A stretch of DNA of 64,000 nt from Nitrospirales bacterium (lineage in GTDB: Bacteria; Nitrospirota; Nitrospiria; Nitrospirales; UBA8639): positions 1,056,001-1,120,000 of the forward strand of contig CBDBCZ010000015.1 in the NCBI GenBank assembly GCA_965203295.1. The letters are read 5' to 3'. Each line of letters begins with the position of its first letter. Position 1 is the stretch's first letter. The notes under the pieces are model-generated. The model searched no databases and was not told the origin of the DNA. It saw nothing but the letters and a program-made list of their open reading frames with translations. Below are positions 50,401 to 64,000 of this stretch, one piece after another. The translations under genes and the position numbers were made by a program.

Positions 50401-53400
50401 TTGTTAGTTTTTTTGGTCTCAGGCAAAGACTTTCAGCCAAAGTAACAGGCTACCATTGATCTGACCCTTCCCAACTGTTTTGGAAAAGAACTGGTTATTC
50501 AAAGGCTTGTTTAGTTTGGTCAGATACAATACATGTTTAGGAAGTATCGATGTTCAAGAAAGGAACTGATTATTCAAAGGCTTGTTTAGTTTAGTTGATT
50601 TTAGTCTGAAGATTAGGAAAGGAGGATTTTATTGAAAATTGTTAGTTTTGTTGGTCTCAGGTAAAGACTTTCAGCCAAAGTATCTAGCTACCATTGATCT
50701 GACCCCTCCCAACTGTCTTGGAAAGGAACTGGTTTATGATTCAATCATTTGTTTAGTTTAAATGATGTTTGTCGGATACAATACATACATGCTTAGAAAG
50801 TAAGGGTTTTCACTAATAATTGGTACAATTTTAGCTTTATTGGTCTCAGGAATCTTTCAGTCAAAACAACTAGCTACCATTGATCTGACCCTTCCCAACT
50901 GTCTAGGAAAGAAATTTTTTTAAGATTTTACAGCTTGTTTAGTTTGAATTATGTTAGTCGGATACAATACATGCTGAGGAAGTATCGATGTTCAAGACCG
51001 GAACTGGTTATTCAAAGGCTTGTTTAGTTTGGTTGATGTTAGTCTGAAGATTAGGAAAGAAGGATTTCATTGAAAATTGTTAGATTTGTTTGTCTCTGGC
51101 AAAGACTTTAAGCCAAAGTCACTAGCTACCATTGATCTGACCCCTCCCAACATTTTAGAAAAAGAACTGGTTATTCAAAGGCTTGTTTATTTTAAATGAT
51201 GTTAGTCAGATACAATACATGCTTAGGAAGTATCGATGTTCAAGAAAGGAACTGGTTATTCAAAGGCCGGTTTAGTTTGGTTGATGTTAGTCTAAAGATT
51301 AGGAAGGAAGGATTTTATTGAAAATTGTTAGTTTTGTTGGTCTCAAGCAGAGAATTTGAGCCAAAGCAACTAGCTACCATTGATTAGGAAAGAAGGATTT
51401 TATTGAAAATTGTTAGTTTTGTTGGTCTCTAGCAAAGACTTTAAGGCAAAGTAACTAGCTACCATTTATCTGACCCTTCCGAACTGTTTAGAAAAAGAAC
51501 TGGTTATTCAAAGGCCTGTTTAGTTTTGTTGATTTTAGCCTTAAGATTAGGAAAGAATGATTTTCTTGAAAATTGTTAGTTTTGTTGGTCTCTAGCAAAG
51601 ACTTTAAGCCAAAGTCACTAGCTACCATTGATCTTACCCTTCCCAACTGTTTTGGAAAAGAACTGGTTATTCAAAGGCTTATTTAGTTTGAATGATGTTA
51701 GTCATATACAATACATGCTTAGGAAGTATCGATGTTCAAGAAAGGAACTTGTTATTCAAAGGCTTGTTTAGTTTGGTTGATGTTAGTCTGCAGATTAGAA
51801 AGAAGGATTTATAGAAAATTGTTAGTTTTGTTGGTCTCTAGAAAAAGACTTTGAGCTACCATTGATCTGATCTTTCCGAACTATTTAGAAAAAGAACTTG
51901 TTATTCAAAGGCTTGTTTAGTTTGAATGATGTTAGTCAGATACAATACATGCTTAGGAAGTATCGATGTTCAAGAAAGAACTGGTTATTCAAAGGCTTGT
52001 TTAATTTGGTTGATGTTAACCTGAAGATTAGGAAAGAAGGATTTTATTTGAAAATTGTTAGTTTTTGTTGGTCTCAGGCTAAGACTTTCAGCCAAAGTAA
52101 CTGGCTACCATTGATCTAACACTTCCCAACTATTTAGGAAAAGAACCTGTTATTCAAAGGCTTGTTTAGTTTACTTGATGTTAGTCTGCAGATTAGGAAA
52201 AGAAGTATTTTATAGAAAATCGTTAGTTTTGTTGGTCTCTAGCAAAGACTTTGAGCCAAAGTAACTAGCTACCATTGATCTGACCCTTCCCAACTGTTTA
52301 GAAAAAGAACTGGTTATTCAAAGGCTTGTTTAGTTTGAATGATGTTAGTCGGATACAATACATGCTTAGGAAGTATTGATGTTCAATACCGGAACTGGTT
52401 ATTCAAAGGCTTGTTTAGTTTGGTTGATGTTTGTCTGAAGATTAGGAAAGAAGGATTTCATTGAAAATTGTTAGATTTGTTAGTCTCTGGCAAAGACTCT
52501 AAGCCAAAGTCACTAACTACCATTGATCTGACTCTTCCCAACTGTTTAGAAAAAGAACTGGTTATTCAAAGGGTTGTTTTGTTTGAATGATGTTAGTCAG
52601 ATACAATACACGCTTAGGAAGTATCGATGTTCAAGAAAGGAACTTGTTATTCAAGGGCTTGTTTAGTTTCGTTGATGATAGTCTGAAGATTAGGAAAGAA
52701 GGATTTTAATGAAAATTATTAGTTTTGTTCGTCTCTAGCAAAGACTTTAAGCCAAAGTTACTAGCTACCTTTAATCTGACCCTTCCCAACTGTTTAGAAA
52801 AAGAGCTGGTTATTCAAAAGCTTGTTTAGTTTGAATGATGTTAGTCTGAAGCTTAGAAAAGAAGGATTTTATTGAAAATTGATAGTTTTGTTGGTCTCTA
52901 GCAAAGACTTTAAGCCAAAGTAACTAGCTACCATAGATCTGACCCTTTCCAACGGTTTAGGAAAAGAACCTGTTATTCAAAGGCTGGATTAGTTTTAATT
53001 TAAAGTTAGTCGGATACAATACATGTTTAGGAAGTGTCGATGTTCAAGAAAGGAGCTGGTTATTCAAAGGCTTGTTTAGTTTGGTTGATGTTAGTCTGAA
53101 GATTAGGAAAGAAGAATTTTATTTTAAAATTGTTAGTTTTGTTGGTCTCAGGCAAAGACTTTCAGCAAAAGTAACTAGCTACCATTGATCTGACCCTTCC
53201 TAACTGTTTAGTAAAAGAACTGGTTATTCAAAGGCTTGTTTAGTTTGAATGATGTTAGTCTGAAGATTAAGAAAGAAGGATTTTATTGAAAATTGTTAGT
53301 TTTGTTGGTCTCAGGCAAAGACTTTCAGCCAAAGTAACTGGCTACCATTTATCTGACCCTTCCCAACTGTTTAGGAAAAGAGCTGGTTATTCAAAGGCTT

Positions 53401-56400
53401 GATTAGTTTTATTGATGTTAGTCGGATACAATACGTGTTTAAAAAGTGTCGATGTTCAAGAAAGGAACTGGTTATTCAAAGGCTTGTTTAGTTTTGTTGG
53501 TGTTAGTCTGAAGATTAGGAAAGAAGGATTTTATTGAAAATTGTTAGTTTTGTTGGTCTCAGGCAAAGACTTTCAGCAAAAGTAACTAGCTACCATTGAA
53601 CTGACCCTTCCTAACTGTTTAGGAAAAGAACTGGTTATTCAAAGGCTTGTTTAGTTTGAATGATGTTAGTCTGTAGATTAGGAAAGAAGGATTTTATTGA
53701 AAATTGTTAGTTTTGTTTGTCTCTAGCAAAGACTTTAAGCCAAAGTAACTAGCTACCATTTATTTGACCCTTCCCAACTGTTTAGAAAAAGAACTGGTTA
53801 TTCAAAGGCCTGTTTAGTTTTGTTGATGTTAGCCTGAAGATTAGGAAAGAAGGATTTTATTGAAAATTTTTAGTTTTGTTGGTCTCTTGCAATGACTTTA
53901 ATTTAGCCAAAGTTACTAGCTACCATTGATCTGTTCTTTCTGAACTATTTATATAAAGTGCAGGTTATTCAAAGGCTTGTTTTGTTTGAATGATATTAGT
54001 CAGATACAATACATGCTTAGGAAGTATCAATGTTTAAGAAAGGAACTGGTTATTCAAAGGCTTGTTTAATTTGGTTGATGTTATTCTGAAGATTAGGAAA
54101 GAAGGATTTTATTGAAAATTGTTAGTTTTGTTGGTCTCTAGCAAAGACTTTAAGCCAAAGTAACTTGCTACCATTTATCTGACCCTTCCCAACTGTTTAG
54201 AAAAAGAGCTGGTTATTCAAAGGCCTGTTTAGTTTTGTTGATGGTATCCTGAAGATTAGGAAAGAAGTATTTTATTGAAAATTGTTAGTTTTTTTGGTCT
54301 CAGGCAAAGACTTTCAGCCAAAGTAACAGGCTACCATTGATCTGACCCTTCCCAACTGTTTTGGAAAAGAACTGGTTATTCAAAGGCTTGTTTAGTTTGG
54401 TCAGATACAATACATGTTTAGGAAGTATCGATGTTCAAGAAAGGAACTGATTATTCAAAGGCTTGTTTAGTTTAGTTGATTTTAGTCTGAAGATTAGGAA
54501 AGGAGGATTTTATTGAAAATTGTTAGTTTTGTTGGTCTCAGGTAAAGACTTTCAGCCAAAGTATCTAGCTACCATTGATCTGACCCCTCCCAACTGTCTT
54601 GGAAAGGAACTGGTTTATGATTCAATCATTTGTTTAGTTTAAATGATGTTTGTCGGATACAATACATACATGCTTAGAAAGTAAGGGTTTTCACTAATAA
54701 TTGGTACAATTTTAGCTTTATTGGTCTCAGGAATCTTTCAGTCAAAACAACTAGCTACCATTGATCTGACCCTTCCCAACTGTCTAGGAAAGAAATTTTT
54801 TTAAGATTTTACAGCTTGTTTAGTTTGAATTATGTTAGTCGGATACAATACATGCTGAGGAAGTATCGATGTTCAAGACCGGAACTGGTTATTCAAAGGC
54901 TTGTTTAGTTTGGTTGATGTTAGTCTGAAGATTAGGAAAGAAGGATTTCATTGAAAATTGTTAGATTTGTTTGTCTCTGGCAAAGACTTTAAGCCAAAGT
55001 CACTAGCTACCATTGATCTGACCCCTCCCAACATTTTAGAAAAAGAACTGGTTATTCAAAGGCTTGTTTATTTTGAATGATGTTAGTCAGATACAATACA
55101 TGCTTAGGAAGTATCGATGTTCAAGAAAGGAACTGGTTATTCAAAGGCCGGTTTAGTTTGGTTGATGTTAGTCTAAAGATTAGGAAGGAAGGATTTTATT
55201 GAATATTGTTAGTTTTGTTGGTCTCAAGCAGAGAATTTGAGCCAAAGCAACTAGCTACCATTGATTAGGAAAGAAGGATTTTATTGAAAATTGTTAGTTT
55301 TGTTGGTCTCTAGCAAAGACTTTAAGGCAAAGTAACTAGCTACCATTTATCTGACCCTTCCGAACTGTTTAGAAAAAGAACTGGTTATTCAAAGGCCTGT
55401 TTAGTTTTGTTGATTTTAGCCTTAAGATTAGGAAAGAATGATTTTCTTGAAAATTGTTAGTTTTGTTGGTCTCTAGCAAAGACTTTAAGCCAAAGTCACT
55501 AGCTACCATTTATCTGACACTTCCCAACTGTTTAGAAAAAGAGCTGGTTATTCAAAGGCTAGTTTAGTTTGAATGATGTTAGTCAAATACAATAATCCTT
55601 AGGAAGTATCGATGTTCAAGAAAGGAACTGGTTATTCTAAGGCTTGTTTTGTTTGCTTGATGTTAGTTTGCAGATTAGAAAAGAAGTATTTTATTGAAAA
55701 TCGTTAGTTTTGTTGGTCTCTAGCAAAGACTTTGAGCCAAAGTAACTAGCTACCATTGATCTGACCCTTTCCAAGTATTTAGGAAAAGAACTGGTTATGC
55801 AAAGGCTTGTTTAGTTTAAATGATGTTAGTATGATACAATACATGCTTAGGAAGTATCGATGTTCAAGAAAGGAACTGGTTATTCAAAGGCTTGTTTAGT
55901 TTGGTTGATGTTAGTCTGAAGAATAGGAATGAAGGATTATATTGAAAATTGTTAGTTTTGTTGGTCTCTAGCAATGACTTTAAGCCGAAGTAACTAGCTA
56001 CCATTGATCTGACCCTTCCCAACTGTTTAGAAAAAGAACTGGTTATTCAAAGGCTTATTTATTTTTAATGATGTTAGTCAAATAAAATACATGCCTAAGA
56101 AGTATCGATGTTCAAGAAAGGAACTTGTTATTCAAAGGCTTGTTTAGTTTTGTTGATGTTTGTCTGAAGATTAGGAAAGAAGGATTTATTGAAAATTGTT
56201 AGTTTTGTTGGTCTCTGGCAAAGACTTTAAGCCAAAGTAACAAGCTATCATTGATCTGACCCTTCCCAACTGTTTAGGAAAAGAATTGGTTATGCAAAGG
56301 CTTGTTTAGTTTGAATGATGTTAGTCAGATACAATATATGCTTAGGAAGTATCGATGTTCTAGAAAGGAACTGGTTATTCAAAAGCCGGTTTAGTTTGGT

Positions 56401-59400
56401 TGATGTTAGTCTGAAGATTAGGAAAGAAGAATTTTTCTCAAAAATTGTTATTTTTTTTGTCTCTGGCAAAGACTTTAAGCCAAAGTAACTAGCTACCATT
56501 GATCTGACTCTTCCCAACTGTTTAGGAAAAGAATTGGTTATGCAAAGGCCTGTTTAGTTTGAATGATGTTAGTCAGATACAATATATGCTTAGGAAGTAT
56601 CGATGTTCTAGAAAGGAACTGGTTATTCAAAAGCCGGTTTAGTTTGGTTGATGTTAGTCTGAAGATTAGGAAAGAAGAATTTTTCTCAAAAATTGTTATT
56701 TTTTTTGTCTCTGGCAAAGACTTTAAGCCAAAGTAACTAGCTAACATTGATCTGACCCTTCCCAACTGTTTAGTAAACGAACTGGTTATTCAAAGGCTAG
56801 TTTAGTTTGAATGATGTTAGTCAAATACAATACATCCTTAGGAAGTATCGATGTTCAAGAAAGTAACTGGTTTTTCAAAGGCTTGTTTAGTTTGGTTGAT
56901 GTTAGTCTGTATGTATCATTGATCTGACCCTTCCCAACTGTTTAGGAAAAGAATTGGTTATGCAAAGGCTTGTTTAGTTTGAATGATGTTAGTCAGATAC
57001 AATATATGCTTAGGAAGTATCGATGTTCTAGAAAGGAACTGGTTATTCAAAAGCCGGTTTAGTTTGGTTGATGTTAGTCTGAAGATTAGGAAAGAAGAAT
57101 TTTTCTCAAAAATTGTTATTTTTTTTGTCTCTGGCAAAGACTTTAAGCCAAAGTAACTAGCTACCATTGATCTGACTCTTCCCAACTGTTTAGTAAACGA
57201 ACTGGTTATTCAAAGGCTAGTTTAGTTTGAATGATGTTAGTCAAATACAATACATCCTTAGGAAGTATCGATGTTCAAGAAAGTAACTGGTTTTTCAAAG
57301 GCTTGTTTAGTTTGGTTGATGTTAGTCTGCAGATTAGGAAAGAAGTATTTTATAGAAAATCGTTAGTTTTGTTGGTCTCTAGCAAAGACTTTGAGCCAAA
57401 GTAACTAGCTACCATTGATCTTACCCTTCCTAACTGTTTAGGAAAAGAACTGGTTATTCAAAGGCTTGTTTAGTTTAAATGATGTTAGTCGGATTCAATA
57501 CATGCTTAGGAAATATTAATGTTCAAGAAAGGAACTTGTTATTCAAAGGCTTGTTTAGTTTGGTTGATGTTAGTCAAATACAATACATGCCTAGGAAGTA
57601 TCGATGTTCAAGAAAGGAACTAGTTATTCAAAGGCTTGTTTAGTTTGGTTGATGTGTGTCTGAAGATTAGGAAAGAAGGATTTATTGAAAATTGTTAGTT
57701 TTGTTTGTTTCTGGCAAAGACTTTAAGCCAAAGTAACAAGCTATTATTGATCTGACCCTTCCCAACTGTTTAGGAAAAGAATTGGTTATGCAAAGGCTTT
57801 TTTAGTTTGGTTGATGTTAGTCTGCAGATTAGGAAAGAAGTATTTTATAGAAAATCGTTAGTTTTGTTGGTCTCTAGCAAAGACTTTGAGCCAAAGTAAC
57901 TAGCTACCATTGATCTGACCCTTCCCAACTGTTTAGGAAAAGAACTCATTATTCAAAGGCTTGTTTAGTTGAAATGATGTTAGTCAGATTCAATACATGC
58001 TTAGGAAGTATCAATATTCAAGAAAGGAACTGGTTATTCAAAGGCTTGTTTAATTTGGTAGATGTTAGTCTGAAGATTAGGAAAGAAGGATTTTATTGAA
58101 AATTGTTATTTTGTTGGTCTCTAGCAATGACTTTAAGCCGAAGTAACTAGCTACCATTGATCTGACCCTTCCCAACTGTTTAGAAAAAGAACTGGTTATT
58201 CAAAGGCTTGTTTAGTTTGAATGATGTTAGTCAGATACAATACATGCCTAGGAAGTATCGATGTTCAAGAAAGGAAGTTGTTATTCATAGGCTTGTTTAG
58301 TTTTGTTGATGTTTGTCTGAAGATTAGGAAAGAAGGATTTATTGAAAATTGTTAGTTTTGTTGTTCTCTGGCAAAGACTTTAAGCCAAAGTAACAAGCTA
58401 CCCTTGATCTGACCCTTCCCAACTGTTTAGGAAAAGAACTTGTTATGAAAAGGCTTGTTTAGTTTGAATGATGTTAGTCAGATACAATACATGCCTAGGA
58501 AGTATCCATGTTCAATAAAGGAACTTGTTATTCAAAGGCTTGTTTAGTTTGGTCGATGTTAGTCTGAAGATTAGGAAAGAAGAATTTTACTCAAAAATTG
58601 TTATTTTTTTTGTCTCTGGCAAAGACTTTAAGCCAATGTAAGTAGCTACCATTGATCTGACCTTTCCCAACTGTTTAGGAAACGAACTGGTTATTCAAAG
58701 GCTTGTTTAGTTTGAATGATGTTAGTCAGATACAATACATGCTTAGGAAGTATCTATGTTCAAGAAAGGAACTGGTTATTCAAAGGCTTGTTTAGTTCGG
58801 TTGATGTTAGTCTGAAGATTAGGAAAGAAGGATTTTATTGAAAATTGTTAGTTTTGTTGGTCTCAGGCAAAGACTTTCAGCCAAAGTAACTGGCTACCAT
58901 TGATCTAACCCTTCCCAACTGTTTAGGAAAAGAACCTGTTATTCAAAGGCTTGTTTAGTTTGAATGATGTTAGTCAGATACCATACATGCTTAGGAAGTA
59001 TCGATGTTCAAGAAAGGAACTGGTTATTCAAAGGCTTGTTTAGTTTGCTTGATGTTAGTCTGCAGATTAGGAAAGAAGTATTTTATAGATAATCGATAGT
59101 TTTGTTGGTCTCTAGCAAAGACTTTGAGCCAAAGTAACTAGCTACCATTAATCCGACCCTTCCCAACTGTTTAGAAAAAGAACTGGTTATTCAAAGGCTT
59201 GTTTAGTTTGAATTATGTTAGTCAAATACAATACATGCCTAAGAAGTATCGATGTTCAAGAAAGGAACTTGTTATTCAAATGCTTGTTTAGTTTGGTTGA
59301 TGTTTGTCTGAAGATTAGGAAAGAAGGATTTCATTGAAAATTCTTAGATTTGTTGGTCTCTGGCAAAGACTTTAAGCCAAAGACACTAGCTACCATTTAT

Positions 59401-62400
59401 CTGACCCTCCCCAACTGTTTAGAAAAAGAACTGATTATTCAAAGGCTTATTTAGTTTGAATGATGTTAGTCAGATACAATACACGCTTAGCAAGTATCGA
59501 TGTTCAAGAAAGGAACTTGTTATTCAAGGGCTTGTTTAGTTTTGTTGATGTTAGTCTGAAGATTAGGAAAGAAGGATTTTATTGAAAATTGTTAGTTTTG
59601 TTGGTCTCTAGCAAAGACTTTATGCCAAAGTAACTAGCTACCATTGATCTGACCCTTCCCAACTGTTTAGGAAAAGAACTGGTTATTCAAAGGCTTATTT
59701 AGTTTGAATGATGTTAGTCTGAAGATTAGGAAAGAAGGATTTTATTGAAAATTGTTAGTTTTGTTGATCTCTAGCAAAGACTTTAAGCCAAAGTCACTAG
59801 CTACCATTGATCTGACCCTTCCCAACTGTTTAGAAAAAGGGCTGGTTATTCAAAGGCTTATTTGGTTTGAATGATATTAGTCAGATACAATACATGCTTA
59901 GGAAGTATCAATGTTCAAGAAAGGAACTGGTTATTCAAAGGCCTGTTTAGCTTGAATGATGTTAGTCAGATACAATACACGCTTAGGAAGTATCGATGTT
60001 CAAGAAAGGAACTGGTTATTCAAAGGCTTGTTTAGTTTAGTTGATGTTAGTTGAAGATTAGGAAAGGAGGATTTCATTGAAAATTGTTAGTTTTGTTGGT
60101 CTCAGGTAAAGACTTTCAGCCAATGTATCTAGCTACCATTGATCTGACCCCACCCAACTGTCTTAGAAAGGAACTGGTTTATGATTCAACATTTGTTTAG
60201 TTTAAATGATGTTTATCAGATTCAATACATACATGCTTAGAAAGTAAGGGTTTTCACTAATAATTGGTACAATTTTAGCTTTATTGGTCTCAGGAAACTT
60301 TCAGTCAAAACAACTAGCTACCATTGATCTGACCCTTCCCAACTGTCTAGGAAAGAAATTGGTTTAAGATTTAATAGCTTGTTTAGTTTGAATGATGTTA
60401 GTCGGAAACAATACATGCTTAGGAAGTATCGATGTTCAAGACCGGAACTGGTTATTCAAAGGCTTGTTTAGTTTGGTTGATGTTAGTCTGAAGATTAGGA
60501 AAGAAGGATTTCATTGAAAATTGTTAGATTTGTTGGTCTCTGGCAAAGACTTTAAGCCAAATTCACTAGCTACCATTGATCTGACCCTTCCCAACTGTTT
60601 AGAAAAAGAACTGGTTATTCAAAGGCTTGTTTAGTTGGAATGATGTTAGTCAAATACAATACATACCTAGGAAGTATCGATGTTCAAGAAAGGAACTGGT
60701 TATTCAAAGGCCTGTGTAGTTTGAATGATGTTAGTCTGAAGATTAGGAAAGAAGGATTTTAATGAAAATTATTAGTTTTGTTGGTCTCTAGCAAAGACTT
60801 TAAGCCAAAGTAACTAGCTATCATTTATCTTACCCTTCCTAACTGTTTAGAAAAAGAACTGGTTATTCAAAGGCCTGTTTAGTTTTGTTGATGTTAGCCG
60901 GAAGTTTAGGAATGAAGGATTTTATTGAAAATTGTTAGTTTATTTGGTCTCTAGCAAAGACTTTAAGCCAAAAATAACTAGCTGCCATTGATCTGACCCT
61001 TCCCAACTGTTTAGGAAAAGAACTGGTTATTCAAAGGCTTGTTTAGTTTGAATGATGTTAGTCTGAAGATTAGGAAAGAAGGATTTTATTGAATATTGTT
61101 AATTTTGTTGGTCTTTAGCAAAGACTTTAAGCCAAAGTAACTAGCTACCATTTATCTGACCCTTCCCAACTGTTTATAAAAAGAGCTGGTTATTCAAAGG
61201 CTAGTTTAGTTTGAATGATGTTAGTCAAATACAATAATCCTTAGGAAGTATCGATGTTCAAGAAAGGAACTGGTTTTTCAAAGGCTTGTTTAGTTTGGTT
61301 GATGTTAGTCTGAAGATTAGGAAAGAAGTATTTTTATGAAAATTATTAGTTTTGTTGGTCTCTAGCAAAGACTTTAAGCCAAAGTTACTAGCTACCTTTG
61401 ATCTGACCCTTCCCAACTATTTAGAAAAAGAGCTGGTTATTCAAAAGCTTGTTTAATTTGAATGATGTTAGTCTGAAGATTAGGAAAGAAGGATTTTATT
61501 GAAAATTGTTAGTTTTGTTGGTCTCTAGCAAAGACTTTAAGCCAAAGTAACTAGCTACCATTTATCTGACCCTTCCGAACTGTATAGAAAAAGAACTGGT
61601 TATTCAAAGGCCTGTTTAGTTTTGTTGACGTTAGCCTGAAGATTAGGAAAGAAGGATTTTATTGAAAATTGTTAGTTTTGTTGGTCTCTAGCAAAGACTT
61701 TAAGCCAAAGTAACTAGCTACCATTGATCTGACCCTTCCCAACTGTTTAGGAAAAGAACTTGTTATTCAAAGGCTTGTTTAGTTTGAATTATGTTAGTCT
61801 GCAGATTAGGAAAGAAGGATATTATTGAAAATTGTTAGTTTTGTTGGTCTCTAGCAAAGACTTTAAGCCAAAGTCACTAGCTACCATTGATCTGACCCTT
61901 CCCAACTGTTTATAAAAAGAGCTGGTTATTCAAAGGCTAGTTTAGTTTGAATGATGTTAGTAAAATACAATAATCCTTAGGAAGTATCGATGTTCAAGAA
62001 AGGAACTGGTTTTTCAAAGGCTTGTTTAGTTTGGTTGATGTTAGTCTGAAGATTAGGAAAGAAGTATTTTTATGAAAATTATTAGTTTTGTTGGTCTCTA
62101 GCAAAGACTTTAAGCCAAAGTTACTGGCTACCTTTGATCTGACCCTTCCCAACTATTTAGAAAAAGAGCTGGTTATTCAAAAGCTTGTTTAATTTGAATG
62201 ATGTTAGTCTGAAGATTAGGAAAGAAGGATTTTATTGAAAATTGTTAGTTTTGATGGTCTCTAGCAAAGACTTTAAGCCAAAGTAACTAGCTACCATTTA
62301 TCTGACCCTTCCGAACTGTTTAGAAAAAGAACTGGTTATTCAAAGGCCTGTTTAGTTTTGTTGACGTTAGCCTGAAGATTAGGAAAGAAGGATTTTATTG

Positions 62401-64000
62401 AAAATTGTTAGTTTTGTTGGTCTCTAGCAAAGACTTTAAGCCAAAGTAACTAGCTACCATTGATCTGACCCTTCCCAACTGTTTAGGAAAAGAACTTGTT
62501 ATTCAAAGGCTTGTTTAGTTTGAATTATGTTAGTCTGAAGATTAGGAAAGAAGGATTTTATTGAAAATTGTTAGTTTTGTTGGTCTCTAGCAAAGACTTT
62601 AAGCCAAAGTCACTAGCTACCATTGATCTGACCCTTCCCAACTGTTTTGGAAAAGAACTGGTTATTCAAAGGCTTATTTAGTTTGAATGATGTTAGTCAT
62701 ATACAATACACGCTTAGGAAGTATCGATGTTCAAGAAAGGAACTTGTTATATATTCAAAGGCTTGTTTAGTTTGGTTGATGTTAGTCTGAAGATTAGGAA
62801 AGAAGGATTTTATATAAAATTGTTAGTTTTGTTGATCTCAGGCAAAGACTTTCAGCCAAAGTAAATGGCTACCATTGATCTGACCCTTCCCAACTGTTTA
62901 GGAAAAGAACCTGTTATTCAAAGGCTTGTTTAGTTTGAATGATGTTAGTCAGATACAATACATGCTTAGGAAGTATCGATGCTCAAGAAAGGAACTGGTT
63001 ATTCAAAGGCCGGTTTAGTTTGGTTGATGTTAGTCTGAAGATTAGGAAAGAAGGATTTTATTTAAAATTGTTAGTTTTGTTGATCTCAGGCAAAGACTTT
63101 CAGCCAAAGTAACTAGCTACCATTTATCTGACCCTTCCCAACTGTTTAGGAAAAGAATCTGTTATTCAAAGGCTTGTTTAGTTTGAATGATGTTAGTCAG
63201 ATACAATACATGCTTAGGAAGTATCGTTGTTCAAGAAAGGAACTGGTTATTCAAAGGCTAGTTTAGTTTGGTTGATGTTAGTCTACAGATTAGGATAGAA
63301 GGATTTTATTGAAAATTGTTAGTTTTGTTTGTCTCTAGCAGAGACTTTGAGCCAAAGACACTAGCTACCATTGATTAGGAAAGAAGGATTTTATTGAAAA
63401 TTGTTAGTTTTGTTGGCCTCTAGCAAAGACTTTAAGCCAAAGTAACTAGCTACCATTGATCTGACCCTTCCCAACTGTTTAGGAAAAGAACTTGTTATTC
63501 AAAGGCTTGTTTAGTTTGAATGAAGTTAGTTTGAAGATTAGGAAAGAAGGATTTTATTAAAAATTGTTAGTTTTGTTGGTCTCTAGCAATTACTTTAAGC
63601 CAAAGTAACAAGCTACCATTTATCAGACCCTTCCGAACTGTTTAGAAAAAGAACTGGTTATTCAAAAGCCTGTTTAGTTTTGTTGATTTTAGCCTTAAGA
63701 TTAGGAAAGAAGGATTTTATTGAAAATTGATAGTTTTGTTGGTCTCTAGCAAAGACTTTAAGCCAAAGTCACTAGCTACCATTTATCTGACCCTTCCCAA
63801 CTGTTTTAAAAAAGAACTGGTTATTCAAAGGCCTGTTTAGTTTTGTTGACGTTAGCCTGAAGATTAGGAAAGAAGGATTTTATTGAAAATTGTTAGTTTT
63901 GTTGGTCTCTAGCAAAGACTTTAAGCCAAAGTCACTAGCTACCATTTATCTGACCCTTCCCAACATTTTTGGAAAAGAACTGGTTATTCAAAGGCTTATT
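38441..64000 (+). repeat. Composite satellite array, block 4 (25.6 kb, runs off the window)
   Basis: A/B units with C monomers at 42306, 46769, 50726, 54607 and 60171. ~3.7-3.9-kb higher-order repeat between ~44.3 and 55.5 kb; 248-bp duplication at 56290/56538; 736-bp duplication at 61272/62008. Confidence 0.98.

Noticed and set aside
23359..57185. Short ORFs within the satellite (23359, 36792, 40127, 42275, 51898, 56290, 56538, 56958), including an LRR/FNIP-looking LTLPNCLEK
   Set aside because: Monomer lengths 163, 85 and 248 are not multiples of 3, stops and indels are frequent, and the ORFs are chance read-throughs.
1..64000. CRISPR-like array (constant ~44-bp head alternating with other sequence)
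   Set aside because: The intervening sequences are only two or three recurring bodies, not unique spacers. There are no cas genes, and the context is eukaryotic (spliceosomal introns, LINE, MITEs).
1..64000. A ~31-kb or ~60-kb macro-repeat covering the whole window
   Set aside because: The islands share only 2 kb and have different flanks. The 1/60187 match ends after ~1 kb, and no island appears near 63.7 kb.

Overview
Eukaryotic repetitive DNA, probably from a marine invertebrate (a demosponge is my best guess, by inference only). About 85% is one AT-rich, head-to-tail composite satellite in a single orientation. It is built from a 163-bp monomer (A) and an 85-bp monomer (B) that share a ~44-bp head, plus a rarer ~182-186-bp hybrid monomer (C), and is arranged into local higher-order repeats of 0.4-3.9 kb. 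Three things interrupt the array. (i) A 3.5-kb island at ~3571-7072. (ii) A 5.2-kb island at ~31483-36720. The two islands share a ~2.04-kb duplicated mosaic: a BEL/Pao gag fragment, two intron-flanked TRAPPC13 exons, and three phase-compatible exons of an unidentified gene on the opposite strand. They also hold a Penelope-like RT fragment, hairpin MITEs, a pogo-derived MITE and a decayed GGAI/FxxN (Pmp-like) repeat gene. (iii) A young, 5'-truncated 945-bp non-LTR retrotransposon at 37496-38440 with an uninterrupted reading frame. I see no intact host gene, RNA gene or CRISPR array. I cannot demonstrate a new functional system; the best leads are the two-monomer satellite grammar and the duplicated gene-fragment cassette. 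Protein-family assignments come from my recall of motifs, not from database searches.
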